Assembly: GCA_950097015.1 (NCBI GenBank) | Contig: CATNEN010000038.1 | Coordinates: 13,020,001 to 13,084,000, forward strand | Length of the DNA: 64,000 nt | Source: Macrostomum hystrix | Lineage: Eukaryota; Animalia; Platyhelminthes | Direction of reading: 5' to 3' | Shown: positions 39,201 through 51,900 of the stretch, in pieces | Layout of the letters: each line of letters begins with the position of its first letter | Numbering within the stretch: position 1 is the first letter of the stretch | Program-made: the position numbers and the translations under genes | The notes under the pieces: generated by a model | Told to the model about the DNA's origin: nothing | Seen by the model: only the letters and a program-made list of their open reading frames with translations | Databases searched by the model: none

Positions 39201-39763
39201 AGCCCATTGATTCAAGTGTGACCATTCAATTCCATTATTGAGCAATGCAGGTAAGCCCGCTATCTAATCAATTGTCTTAGGCAAGTCTAAAATTTCATAC
39301 TGAGTGCTCCTGCTGCCATGTAAAATCCAGGAAATTCCAGGAAACTATCCACCCTAATGACAAACTAATTAGGCTGTAGCAGTGTTGACATACCCTTTTG
39401 TTGACAGAAGACATGAGCTTCTGATATAAAATTGGGATTGTAGCAGTATTCACCAGTTGGTGAGTAAAAATAATCATCTGCACTGCATATGCAACACAAT
39501 TCTGATCCAAATCTAGACAAGATTGCTCTAAAATGAGTCAGATTAGTTTATGGATTTGAATGACATAACAAAGTCTGCATTGTTGAACTTATCAAAGAAT
39601 GAGTTTGAAAAAGTATATACCTTGTAAGTGTTGACTTGCCACTTCCTGGCAAGCCCCGTAGAATAAGGAAAATGTTGCTTTTCTGTTCCACATGAAATTC
39701 TATTACAAGAAATACTGGATGAATGGAGTTAGGTTTAGCACAATGGTATTCTCTAGATTCCAT
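36217..39763 (-). CDS. N4BP2: NEDD4-binding protein 2-like (P-loop PNK + CUE + Smr endonuclease; Cue2/NONU-1-like)
   Basis: Exons ~39763-39621 (LRGLPGSGKST), 39527-39394 (CSADDYF...EAH..C), 39042-38666 (IIIDNTN..EP.TAW..RNIHSVP), 37899-37303 (CUE: IFPEFD), 37185-36217 (CUE, LDLHG..VITG.G.HS Smr). Start codon uncertain. Confidence 0.9.
38265..38590. repeat. Intronic minisatellite, ~29-bp unit
   Basis: GAGATGATCAGACATCTAACGGATTAGGG about 11 times, degenerate. Confidence 0.93.
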
Positions 39764-39997
39764 TGTGACTTTTCTGAAATGGTGAGATGCTACACATGAG
39801 ATGCTATACACATGAGTAGCCATATGTAAATAGATTTTCACTCATAGCTATATATATTCACAAACAATGATAAAAGCGCAGCTACAAAAATAAATTATTA
39901 TATTAAAGTTAAAGGTATCCACCTTATTGTTGAACCATAAGACAAGGCTTAAAACTGATAGCAGATTAGCTATAAAATATTCTGTAGCTCCTAGTAA

Positions 39998-40700
39998 GGG
40001 GATAATAGCCTAGTGGTTAGTTTTACACTTGCAACTTGAAGACTGGGAGTTTGATTCCCAACTTTACTAGAACGATTTGGGCAATATTCTACTTCCATTC
40101 GTTATATTATTTTTTCGTTTGAATTCATGCCACATGTGCATTCTGAGTTTGAAAAGTTGCGCTGACGTGGCTTTGCCGTGACTTGACACTTGGATCTAGG
40201 CCTATTTCTATGGCAAAATCTGGCAATTATGGGGGAACAGGAAGCTAAGGCACAGAAATTCTACAGTCTGAAGATTTTGCAAATGCCAAGCTGCATCAAA
40301 TGTATGGCACGAGTGCTGCTCTATTTGAAAGCCACCTCAAAGAATTCTTATGGCACTGTCTATACCCCAAGAATAGCTTCGGTGCCCTCCTCTACTGGAT
40401 TAGGCACTTACCCGGTCTGAAAGAAGAAAGACTGACCAAGACTTTTCAGAACTGTCTGACCAAACTACTGTCTTATTGTTACCGTTAAACTTGTTTTTTG
40501 TCATTATCTGTCATTTGCAAACAAAAAATAATATAACGAATGGAAGTAGAACATTGCCACAATTTGTGCCATTTAGAAGTAAAGTACAAGACACTTGCAC
40601 TTGCTTCAGTTCACCTAGCTATTACATGGGAACCAGCATCAGTTGAGGGGAATTAAGGGTAAATGTTGCACCCTTAGTCAATGGACTAACCAGCAATATG
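39998..40700 (+). mobile_element. tRNA-derived SINE split by a Merlin derivative
   Basis: A-box TAGCCTAGTGG, B-box-like GAGTTTGATTCCC; body TTGCTTCAGTTCACCTAGCT resumes after 40566. Confidence 0.6.
40080..40558 (+). mobile_element. Merlin (IS1595-like) deletion derivative
   Basis: ~40-bp TIRs starting GGCAAT; 8-bp TSD ACGATTTG/ACAATTTG; relic MYGTS..FESHLKEFLW resembles the Merlin C-terminal motif. Confidence 0.8.
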
Positions 40701-40929
40701 CAGCCTTCAGTTTCATTGTACAAAAGCAGCAGCTATGCTATTGTCAGCAAATCTGGTCTAATAAAAGAAAGACAAACTATTGTACATTATAAGTTCAAAC
40801 ATTTTTGTAAAAAATACAATAAAAGTGAGTTTTTGTTAATTCAATAGGGAATTCAAAAAGAAATTAGGAAATAACTAAGTCTGAGCTACATTGGTATGAA
40901 AACTAGTAAAAATATCTAACTCTTATAAC

Positions 40930-41372
40930 TAGGGGTCAGATAGGATCCCAAATTAGAATCCCAAAAACTCGAGATCCTGATAAATTTAGGATCCCGATCC
41001 CAACTTTTAGAAAGTCTGGAATCAGGATGGGCTTATCTCATGCCCCATATATATACATAGCTTGGTAAAAATCAATAAACAGCTTGAAAAATTCGATGTA
41101 GGCTGGACCAAGGAAGAACTAAGGTTTCAACTGATGTTAAAACTTAAAAGTAATCCATTTGCTTTAATGTTTTTTAAAATACTTTATACTTGAAGATCAC
41201 AGATTTCATTCATCCTATTTTGTAACATAACAAGATGCAAAATGGCTTTCTTTTTTTACTAGGCCTAGGCCCCTACTTTCAGAAGAGTTCCTTCATTCAA
41301 AAATAGGCCCCTATCAAGTCCCGGGAGACAATCCCAACCAATCCCAAAAATCTTGATCCTGTCTGACCCCTA
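40930..41372. mobile_element. hAT-like MITE
   Basis: TIR TAGGGGTCAGA.AGGATC / GATCCT.TCTGACCCCTA; 8-bp TSD CTTATAAC/CTTATAAT; subterminal ATCCC motifs. Confidence 0.85.
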
Positions 41373-42941
41373 CTTATAATATATTATTATATTCCATAGG
41401 CCTAACTCTGATATCTGTAAGGCCTAGACAAAACTAGACAAAACGGTAGCTTTTTTGTTTAGAAGTATAAGTTTATAACAATATATTAAATATTAGGCAT
41501 ATAGGCCCACATTAGGCCCTACAGATCAACATATTTTCTTTTTTGATTCTCAACATAAAAAATGAGCAAGGATTTGCATGCAAGAGATACAATTTATTTG
41601 TTCCTAAAGCTTTTCAAAGAGACATGCATCAAAGAGTTCGAACGTAAGAACAATTCTGGCAAAGCGCCACGAGATAACCATCAAACAACGTATTTGTTTA
41701 CTTTGCAACGGTGGGGTTGGACCTGAAAGTCAACACGATTTTGTTCATATAGATTTTACCTGTTACCAGGTTGATGATAGGAAACGAAATTCTAGCACGC
41801 TATAATAATTCCGATGATGTGCGTTAAGGTGCGTTTAAGCAAAATATAAATAGAAAAAAATATATTCTACTTTAGAACAGAAGCATTACTTATAAATCCA
41901 TTTAGTTAGTAAAATGCTTTTTATATTTTTGTTTATTTTATGTTTTGCATTTCTCAAGCCTTTAGTTTTTAATAACTTAGTTTTCTACGACAGAAAACTC
42001 TAATTAAGAATCAATCCTATCATTATTTTATATTTACTTTGCTTGCTTAGAGCCGTCGACGGACGTGGGAGCCACTCTTTGGGGGCAATGCCAGCTAGGA
42101 TTAAAATTACCATGGAAGTGGAAATATTTTTGGTTGCATTTTATCATACAGTATTCATTATGTTCTGTGTATTAGTCATATGTGTCATTTGCTGTTATAG
42201 GTAGTGACTCTAAAGTAAAATGAATCTGACATTGTCGTTGTCAAGTATTTGGCCTTTTCAACACAACGTAAGAAATGATTTTAGGCGTTTTGTGTAACAT
42301 ACCTTTTAGCTTATTTTCACTTTTCCGATGTTTTGCTTAATAAACTAGAAAGTAACAGTACTTTTTTGTTGTGATACATTTTAAGGGGGCACTGTGACAG
42401 TGTGATGCTGTCACCCGCAGCTGCATAGTTTAGTATTTCCCTTTTAGAGGGCACATAGACCTGTCGCTTCTTACTCTCAGAGTCTCAGCTTGACTGCTTT
42501 AGTCGACAAAACATTTATTGCTCGTCCCTAAGTAGCTTCCCGGAGCGTTTTTAGCATCTGATCATTATAGAACAGTAGGCCAGTACGGCGGTCGTTTTTT
42601 ATGAACCAGAAGCAACAAAATCTATAAAGTCCTGTGTTCCTTTAAAAAATAGTCATTGAATATGAAACTGCATACGAATTCGAATTGGAGTGAAGCAGAG
42701 ACGCTTCTATTAGATATCTGACGGCTACTATCACCAGCCAAACTGTACTGAATTGTACCGAATACCTGCCTCAATATTATATTTATTCGTTCACTGGTCT
42801 TCTGAAACCACCGAATTATGCAGGAATATATCATTCAGAAACTTTAAATTTATTTTACATTCGTTGTACATTCGTTTTACATTCATTATTTTACATACCT
42901 TTCACGTTCTATTGTATTTCAGCTGACTTTTTCGGAGAAAA

Positions 42942-45900
42942 ATGCTGTACTCACTGGGTGCTTGTTTATCCCCTCAAGAGTCAAGCCATGACTGCATTGT
43001 AATCGTCGGTGACAATCCATTATTAATGGGTCAGCAGTTATCCCCATTTGCAGAAACTATTCAGCAATTTTGCGTGGTAAGTATACAGGTCGTATTCGCA
43101 TCAACAACGGCTGGTTATTCGGTGGTGAAAGACTAAATGATTAGTCTGCACTATTCAAAATTTTCACGTTGACGTTTGAACTAAATAAATAATAAAGAAA
43201 GCTAAAAATACTACTACAAAGTTTGTAATATGCTTGTTTAGTCCACTGTGGCAGCCGAGCGAGCGAGAAAGCTTATATTTTTGGGAATAAATAAGTTGTG
43301 TGATGCGCCATGTGTGGCCATAGATAACTTTAAGCCCCCCAGCAGCAGTCTACTGTACAAAAACAGTTATATTGCTGCTCGATCACATGGCTAATAGCGC
43401 TGGCAGCAAGCAATCAATTTGCACGCTCCACGTAAATAGATTGTCGGGCTGGCACTTAAAACTTCAGCAGTTTATTAGAGTTTTGCTCTTATGCTAATTT
43501 ATTAAAATCGAAAGCACTGCGTGTTGTTAAACTAAAGTTTTATTAACCAATATAAATCAACCCAATGCAGAAAAATCACTCGATTCTTTCTCCGAAGTCT
43601 ACAACATTTGTACCCTGCAGCGAGTCGCTTAGCCCAGCGGGTCGTATTGTCTTTGCCAATACCGGACCTCTAAATCGCGACTTTGACGACAGCAGAAGTC
43701 TGTATGATGCCGCCCAGCGCGGTATTGAACTCGCCATCGCAGCAGGATCTCGAAGACCGATTCTATGCCGAGCCTGGCTGGGCAGCCAGCCTCACTTACT
43801 GCCCGGTCGAGTCCGTATGCGACAAGCGAAGACTCATTGGACCGCTGCATTGCGTTGGGTGCCATGCAGGCTGTTTATTCTCCGTTGGAGGTGCGTGAAG
43901 CTGCCCTTGGTAAGATTTTCAGCGCATTTAAAGTGTAATTTTACGCATTCAGTTTGACACTACGAACGTTTTTTCGAATGCATTCTTTACATTTTCGAGT
44001 GCCTAAACACGTCCTACGATGTGATAAAAGTTATGTAAAAACGGTAACTTTAAAATTAGCATTGTAAAATAAAACGAAAACGACAAGACACACACATGCA
44101 TTTTATAACTGCGCATTGCGCTTTGTTTCTTACTGGCTGTGGCAACGGCAAACTGTAATTGTACGTTTGCTTCAGTGCTCTCGCGTGTAGTATATTCGTA
44201 TTTTATTGCAGGTGATACGAGTCAGACACCGATAGATCATCTGGGCTTGCTAGTATCTTCTGAGGCCGCAGCCAGAAGCTGCGACTCTGCAGCGGCTGAG
44301 GCCCGGAATCTCGCCACTCTGCTTGCGCTCGAATCAGGGCGCTGCCTTGCACGGGACATTGGTGGTTCAGATCCAGAGCGAATGACGCCAGAACGAATTG
44401 TCAACCGACTAGCGTCCGAGTTTTCCAGCCCCCATTCGAACAACCAGTTAAAGGAGCCAGGCTCCGTTTTCATGCAGGTGCGAAATCCGATGCCTAGGTC
44501 GAAAGGGTCAAGCATAACGATCAACTTAGCGAAATTTCTCTCGAATGCCCATTCCCCGTATAGCCTTCACGTGCCTTTTTGTTGGATGTTTCATCCTTGC
44601 ATAAACGAGCGTATACCTAAATTTTGTTTAGTAAACCGAAGTGAATTCCTAGTTCAGATAAAATCAGCAATAAAGAAAATATACTGTGAAATTTTAGGTG
44701 GAGGAGAGAATCGACCCAAGTAAATTTCCTCTAATGGCTGCTGTGGATCGTGGTAGCGCAATTCGACATCGAGGTCGGGTAGTGCATCTGAGCTACACAG
44801 GTCAAACAAATAAAGTGAGCATGCATTCTTACTACCGAATTTATACTGCTTTGTATCCTTTCATTGATCCATTGTTTGTGGGGCTTTGCGTATTTGCCCT
44901 TGTTTGGACCAAACTCTGCTAACGATATGAAAAACTCTAATACTTAGCCTTGTAAATTACGAGCATTTTCAGGAGTCAGAGACCAGTGAAACACTTCTAC
45001 TGGCTGGCAAGGGCGTCACCTTTGACTCGGGCGGGCTGAGCTTAAAAACTGGCGGCTCCATGGTCGGCATGCACAGAGACAAATGCGGGGCAGCGGCTCT
45101 GGCTGGTTTGTTTCGCGTCTTGGCAGACTTAAAGCCAACCGGCTTGTCAGTGCATTGCAGCCTGGGTCTGGTGCGGAACTCAATCGGTTCTGAGAGCTAC
45201 TCTCCCGATGAGATCATTGTCAGCAGGGCTGGCCGGAGAGTTCGAGTCGTGAACACGGACGCAGAGGGCCGTATGGTGCTCGCAGATCTGCTCTGCCTGC
45301 TGCGAGAGAGAGCGCTAAGCCTCCCTGAGCCAAGTAAGACTCGGCTGTTTAGTGTGGCAACACTTACCGGACACGCTGTGCTCGCCTACGGGCAAGGCTA
45401 TTCGATAGCCATGGATAATGGACCTGCGCGCAGAGCTGGAGTAGCTACAGGCCTGCAGGCTGCTGGAGACTGCATAGCCGACCCGTTTGAAGTGAGATGG
45501 CAACATTGCATGGATTGGCTTTCCTTAGTGTGCAAAATGAATTATTGTGCTTTTATTAGCTTATTTTAATATTGTAGTAAAACTTTCTTTGAAAGTATAA
45601 GAACATTTAAAATTTGCTGTCCTTCCGTTCCTAGATCTCCACCGTCAGAAGAGAGGACTGGGACTTTATTCGGTCATCTGGTCCCTACGAAGAGATTTTT
45701 CAGTGCAACGCACAGCCTAGCGCTGTTACACCAAGGGGTCACCAATTCCCGGCTGCATTTTTAACGGCGGCATCAGGATTAGATAAAGTCAGTATGATAT
45801 TTCCCTTTTCTTAATTATTTGTAAGAATTATTTTTACTCGTCTATGTGTCTCAAATCTGCTCATTGCACTCTCGAAACTACACGCAATAGCTAGTGAGCT

Positions 45901-46982
45901 CTTCCGCATACGCGCTCGAGAAACAGACGGTAGGGGGGCATGAGGCTGTGGTCTCGGGTTGATACGCAGATGCACTACAAAACAGTCTGCCATCGTCACA
46001 GTTCCACACTTTACACATGGCACTTCCGTTCCGTCGGCTGGTGCAGGAGGACAAGTGCCAACGGGACTTGGTCGCCGCAGCCATGACTTCGCAGGCGATT
46101 GCCCAGCAGCATCTGGCGGTGCCGGCGCAGGATGACGCTCAGGTCTGGTACGCCGGTGCAGGCAATCAGGTTTCTGGACAGCAACCTTTCAGAGTATTGC
46201 ACGCCCGGGGCGTAGCGCAGAGAGACCTGTAGAGTGGGTCCGGGACTCGATCTCATGTGGTGGTCATCGGAACCGCCTCCATTTCATACAGGAGGATCGG
46301 CTCCACGGCCGCGCGGAAGAGGCGCACCTTCAGGTCGTCCCTCACAGCTAAATTGAAGACGTTCCTGAGCAGGTGCGCCGCGCGCCTGATTCCTCCTGTG
46401 TGAGACAGGACCGGGCTCGTTGCTAGCGATCCAAGGTACCGGAAATCCTTGCAGACAGCGCTGGCTTTTCCCTCTGCGCAGGGCAAGTGCCGGGCAGCGT
46501 TTTCATTGTGCTAAAACTTCAGTGTGCTACGCCTGGTGGCAAGGAAATCGGTCACCCACCTTCAAACGTGCCAAAGTTGTCGGCGTGACTGTCATGATCG
46601 AGCAGCAACTGTGCTGACGACCCACAATGGACGGCGCAGTGATCTCTGCGCGCCGCCAGCAGCTTAAAGCATATCGGTTTTACAATTACGAGCGTATGCA
46701 CAATTTACTGCAGGCTATTTTACATAGCTAGAAAATTGTTGGACCAAGCACTTTTATTGTCTCTGAAAGGACCTCGGATTTTCAAAGTATTTTTACTTTA
46801 TGAGCCACTTTTTATAAACTCAAACATTTTAGAATGGTTTGGACTCAAAAGTGCCTCTGTCCTACTCTCATGTGGACATTGCGGGCAGTGCAGGTCGCAT
46901 GAAGTCCACACCACCGACGGCTTCACCTCTCTTGGCGTTCGCCATGCGATACATTCTTCCTAGACTACCACGTCATCTTTGA
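42942..46982 (+). CDS. M17 leucyl aminopeptidase (W07G4.4-like), 7 exons, apparent 1-nt frameshift in exon 2
   Basis: Exons 42942-43076, 43571-43909, 44212-44477, 44698-44814, 44973-45491, 45635-45787, 46833-46982; ARDIGGSDPERM, GKGVTFDSGG, NTDAEGR, ATLTG, HVDIAG. Confidence 0.92.
45890..46660 (-). mobile_element. Degenerate LINE (RTE-like) 3' fragment in an aminopeptidase intron
   Basis: DFRYLGS...KVRLFRAAVEPILLY.ME is RT C-terminal; degenerate YADD (HADN). Confidence 0.8.
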
Positions 46983-48925
46983 ACCTAGCTACAGGCGTCT
47001 TTGAATTCGGCTGGTATGAGTTGGGCTCTAGCGAGCCTCAACAGTTGCTGAATTGAAATAATAAGTCACGCTGTCCCTTCCCGTGATTTTTGATTGATTT
47101 CTGAACGTAGCGTTTTTTACGATACCTGCCAATGAAACGCTTTGCAATAATTGTTTTGCCTCTGATTGAGCTTACTATGGAGAGGCTAATAATTGCATTC
47201 CCTAATCTCTGATCCTAGAACTAGGATCGTGAAAAACAGATGTTTTTTTAATAATAAATGCACCATAAATTATATCCATGATTTAAGGGCTTTTGCTGTG
47301 TCCCCATCTATGATCGTATATTAATTTTTGTTTTGTCCGGACGAGAGCAGGTTTTTATGTCAAGGGCTTTGCAGACTCAACTACTAAAATTAGTTTTAAA
47401 TTTGAATTGCTTGTTTATTCATTTTTTTGTGAATACATTAACTTCTTTTAACGTCAAGGCTCATGTTAAATGTTTGAATCTAAATTCATGCATCATCTGG
47501 TTCAAGTAGTGTCCAGTGCGTAATAAGCAATTTATACGATAGAAAATTTTGTTTTAGGATATGAAAGCAAATATACATTCCCTTTTTAAAATCTTCCATG
47601 CTTTTAATTCGTTCAATGATTAAATTTTCAGTTTACTGGTTAAGTAATGAACTATATTTGCCTTCCTGTCAAAGTTTATTCTTCTGTTCTGACTGACAGT
47701 GGGTCAGTCTTTCTGACTGACACACAGAAAGAGGAACTGAAAATGAAGTACCTGAACTGCGTCTCCTTGACAAGCGTGTGCTAATCTTAGAAATCAATGC
47801 TGAGTGCACAGCTAGCCTCCGTTTGAAGACTTAACAATAGAGAGTTCAGAGACGATTCGCAAAACATTACTTCATATACGAGTACGAGCGTAATTTACTT
47901 ATAGGGAATCTTTTCGGAATCATCAAGATATTGTTAGGACCTAGGCTCTAAAGCTTTCCAAATGAAAGTTTTAAAGAAATATGAAAGCTTTCCAAATGGA
48001 TTCAGTTAGCAAATTTTCGTTATGAATGTTCTACAAGCGCTACTTCTTGTGGATCGTTTCTTATTCTAGATCAAATAATTATTCTAATTATTCATTTCTA
48101 ACGAATTTATTCAATAAAAGAACTTTTTAGTGAATTACGAACAGTAGTCCAAAATCGGTTTTTCGGTTGCTATGACTTACTTGACTTGCTTATAATAGTA
48201 TTATAGACATTACGTAGCTCTATTTACAATTGTTTTGTTACTATTTTCGTCGAGCACTTTTGCACAGTACCAAGCGGTAGTTAGAGAGTGATAAAAACTG
48301 TTATGTTTCGCATTCCAAACTTTACAGTCACATGATGAAAAGAATGCAGAAAATCGCAGATCGCTTTTAAAAACATTTGCATTGTGAGGATTTCAATGTA
48401 CGCTCGTACTGTACAGGGAGCTGTAGCGTCGCGAGTTGTTCAGTGCACTTTCATTCGCAATTTTACGATATAAAAACGACCTTAGGATGCAGGAATTACT
48501 ATATCTTGCTATTATCGAATTTTGAAAAGTACACTCGAGTTTACAAAACTGATAATTTATTCGTCATTTAGACTGCAATCCCTGATGGTGAGTGAGCCAA
48601 TCATAAAGGACAAACTGTTAGCACTAGCTTCAATTTTCAGACAAACTGTGGCTTGAATATGATCGAACAGGTGTTATGTAAATCGTGTATGGGTTTTTGG
48701 ATCGAGAGTAGGGAACTCCTATGCTCAAACATTATGCTTATTTCATAAACTATTGTCTCATTGTTATCTACTGCTAACAGCTAATGCCATTTTAAAACAA
48801 AGATACCGTTACGATCAATTATTTAGCACAATCCTGTTTAAAACACAAACTAAGTTGCGACAAACATCAAACACGAGTTGCGGTCAAGCTCAATAAGAGC
48901 AGCCTGGACTAAGCATAAGAATTTT

Positions 48926-51900
48926 CTACACCTGGGAGGATGTAATGGAGTAGGAGCTATGCACTGATCTGTCGCAGGTACAAACGTCTGGTCGACTGGC
49001 CATGCTTCTGCTGCCGTTAATGTGACCACCACTCCTGTCTAAGTAGCGGAACTTGGCGCCTCCGCTGCCAGTAACTCCGCCGTTCCGATCTAGCGGCATT
49101 GATGCATAAGCACGCACAGAAGCTCCCAGACCGCTGTCCAGAGTGTCCACAGCCGTTGCGTGCATGCCGCTGTACAGCGGAATTCTGGGCAGCGTGGCTG
49201 TGCACTGCTGATAGCCTGCAATCCCAGCAACTGCAGAGGAATTCTGAGCTCCCGGTTGACTAAAGTGCAGGTGATGATGGCTGTGATGCGAGCATGATGG
49301 CGGTCCCTTCCCGATGGCATCAATGGGAGTTTGCATTGGGGTGTCTTCGTCCATCGCGCAGCCGCCTGGCACCGCACTGCCGCCGCTCATACGAATTCGT
49401 CTTGCCGCTGATAGCATTATTCGCCGCCGATATACTACTATGATTAGGCCGCTGAGTAGTGCGAGCAGCACCAGTAAAATAAGAATTATAATTATCACTT
49501 GGCTGGTGCTGAGACACATGCTGTACTTGCACACCGCGTCAGCTGTTGATGGACAAAAGGAATCATTTTCAAGTTGATTGATAGAAACTACACCTTGTTA
49601 CACCTCATATTGCTCATGATGATGTCCACCACAGTTCACCAAGCCCACCCGAGTTTCTACCCCAGCTAATTATGTTACCTGTTAGATTTATGCTACAGTT
49701 GGGTGAGCTGATGCAGTGGGGGATTACGTTTCTTGCTCAAGGTACGAATAATTTTGCGGACTTGATTAGAAGTCCGCGGTCCGAAGCTCTAACCACACGG
49801 CACCTACTTAAAATTAAAATATTGTCAAGTTTTGAGACATCTGCCTTCGTATTGACGAATTAGACACAATCTATACTTTCTTTTTATTTCATCCTCATAA
49901 AAGAGTATATTCTCAGGTTTAGAATCTGAACCCTTGCAGTAAACGCACAAGCCAGCTCTTTGATAATTTATGCTCCTAATTCTCTAGATCTTGTACTCGT
50001 AGTTCTTAAACCTGCAAATGGTGTCAAAGGGAAAAGTAGAAGACGTGGTTCATGAAACTCACAGATTTCCGACCGCTTAGCTTGGTGCTTTGCCGTGACC
50101 ACTAGTCTGATCTCCTCGTCAAGCTCTCTGACTCCAAAGTCCGGACTTCTTTTGGCCATTTTGTCTGCCTTGCATGCCACTTTCTGTTTTTAAATAAATT
50201 TTTATTTATTTAAAAAGTCTTGTTTTTGAACATTAGAAAACAAGTATAGGTTCGAAAAAAGAATTACTAAAAGCCATGAGTGGTTCAAGCAATGAGCATC
50301 GAGATTGGTTCAGGTATTGGGTTCAAGAACTGAAAATCGTGATCCAGGAACTGGTAATCGAGGTAAGGTCCAGTCTAGAAATCGAGGACTACGAGTACAT
50401 GAGTCGTGATTTTATTAGTAGGGCTCATTCATTACGCCTGAAAATTTTCGACTGGAAAACTAACTCATGTGCTAAATAAAATCTGTCATCGTGGATAAAA
50501 TGGGTCAGGTAACCACTATAAAATAATTTTTTTAGAACTTCATGAGTGAGTCCTGACACTACCACAAAAAACCCAGTGAGCAGCAAAAAATGGTTAACTA
50601 AAATTAGGGGTAGGAAGTCACATTTTTTACCCCAAGTTTCTCACTGGATCGCAAAAAATGGCTTCGCTTTCGTAGCAGATTCGCACTGTGCAGGCAAAAT
50701 ACACAGCCGGAAGTGAGCCGCCCAATCGGAATGCCGGAAAGCTTCCGGTCTGTTGTAGATGCACGCCGGTTATTTCCCGTGGACTGTGAAAGCTTGCATT
50801 GAAGCCAGACTCAGACACGGCGGCTCTGCAGCAGGTGGATTTTTTAATACTGGAAAAACAACTCGGAAAACAATTCACCAGACGTTGATTTATTCACGCG
50901 CTTGTTTGGAGTTTGGAGGATGCTTAAAGTTTAGAAGCTCTGTTGACCGTCCAGTGCATAAAAAGTCCCAATCTCTAAGCTTCCGTTAAACACTAAACGG
51001 GACATAAAATTTTCTTGGTGTCTGGAAAATATCCTCAATGTCTCAAATCCTCGAGATCGCAATTGAGAGCGAAAGTGCGCTAGAAAACGGAATCTCAAAA
51101 TTCACTAATAGGTCCACTTTCTTCGTGTCGATAAAAGTTCACCCGAAAGATAATAAATGAAGGACAATTTAGCATACTTTGACCCAATGCTCCAAAGGCG
51201 CATGAAACTACTCATTGGGGGACCTTTTCTCGACAACAATAGCCATAGGGAGGCTCCTAAGGCATGGCTCATTTTTGGCATATTTTCTGGCAATTTCCGT
51301 TGGCAAATACAGACGCTGTGCCTCCCTCTCTCACTCTGTCGCGCTGCTCGTTTATCAAGGCCGGGTAAGGAAAGAGAATAACGAAAAAAACATCGGTGCA
51401 GACCTGGTCTAGATGAGTGTGTAGGTGAAAATTTCTGTAAAAATGGATAAATCTAAAAAGCGAGATCGAATTCCCATTGGAAAAAAACTGCATTAAGCTA
51501 TTATCCGATGAAGCCTTGGCTACAGATCTTGGATTTCGTTCTGAAATGCTTGAATGATCATCTTAGCCAGTGTTATTTAAGATGTTAATTGGCTACAAAG
51601 ATCCACAGACCACCTATAGGAGGGGACATTGTGCAGTATATATTGAGTTGTTTTGATGTTGAGAATAGGTCCTGCCGGCCTGTGATATATTTTGGTAGTA
51701 AGAACAAGGGTTCCGCGCGGACTCCATGTATTTAGACCTCTTAGCTTAGAGTCCTAGACTCTCTGTCGCAACTTCTTTATCTATGCAATGTTTTATGCAA
51801 AAAATCTACTGAATCCTTCTTCCGAAGGCTATAATATCTATACATTTGAGTGTACATATTTAAATTCTCAAGTCAGTGCTAATACGCTCGTACAAGCTTG

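Noticed and set aside
39998-40065. tRNA gene
   Set aside because: Only degenerate A/B boxes, no good cloverleaf, followed by a SINE body.
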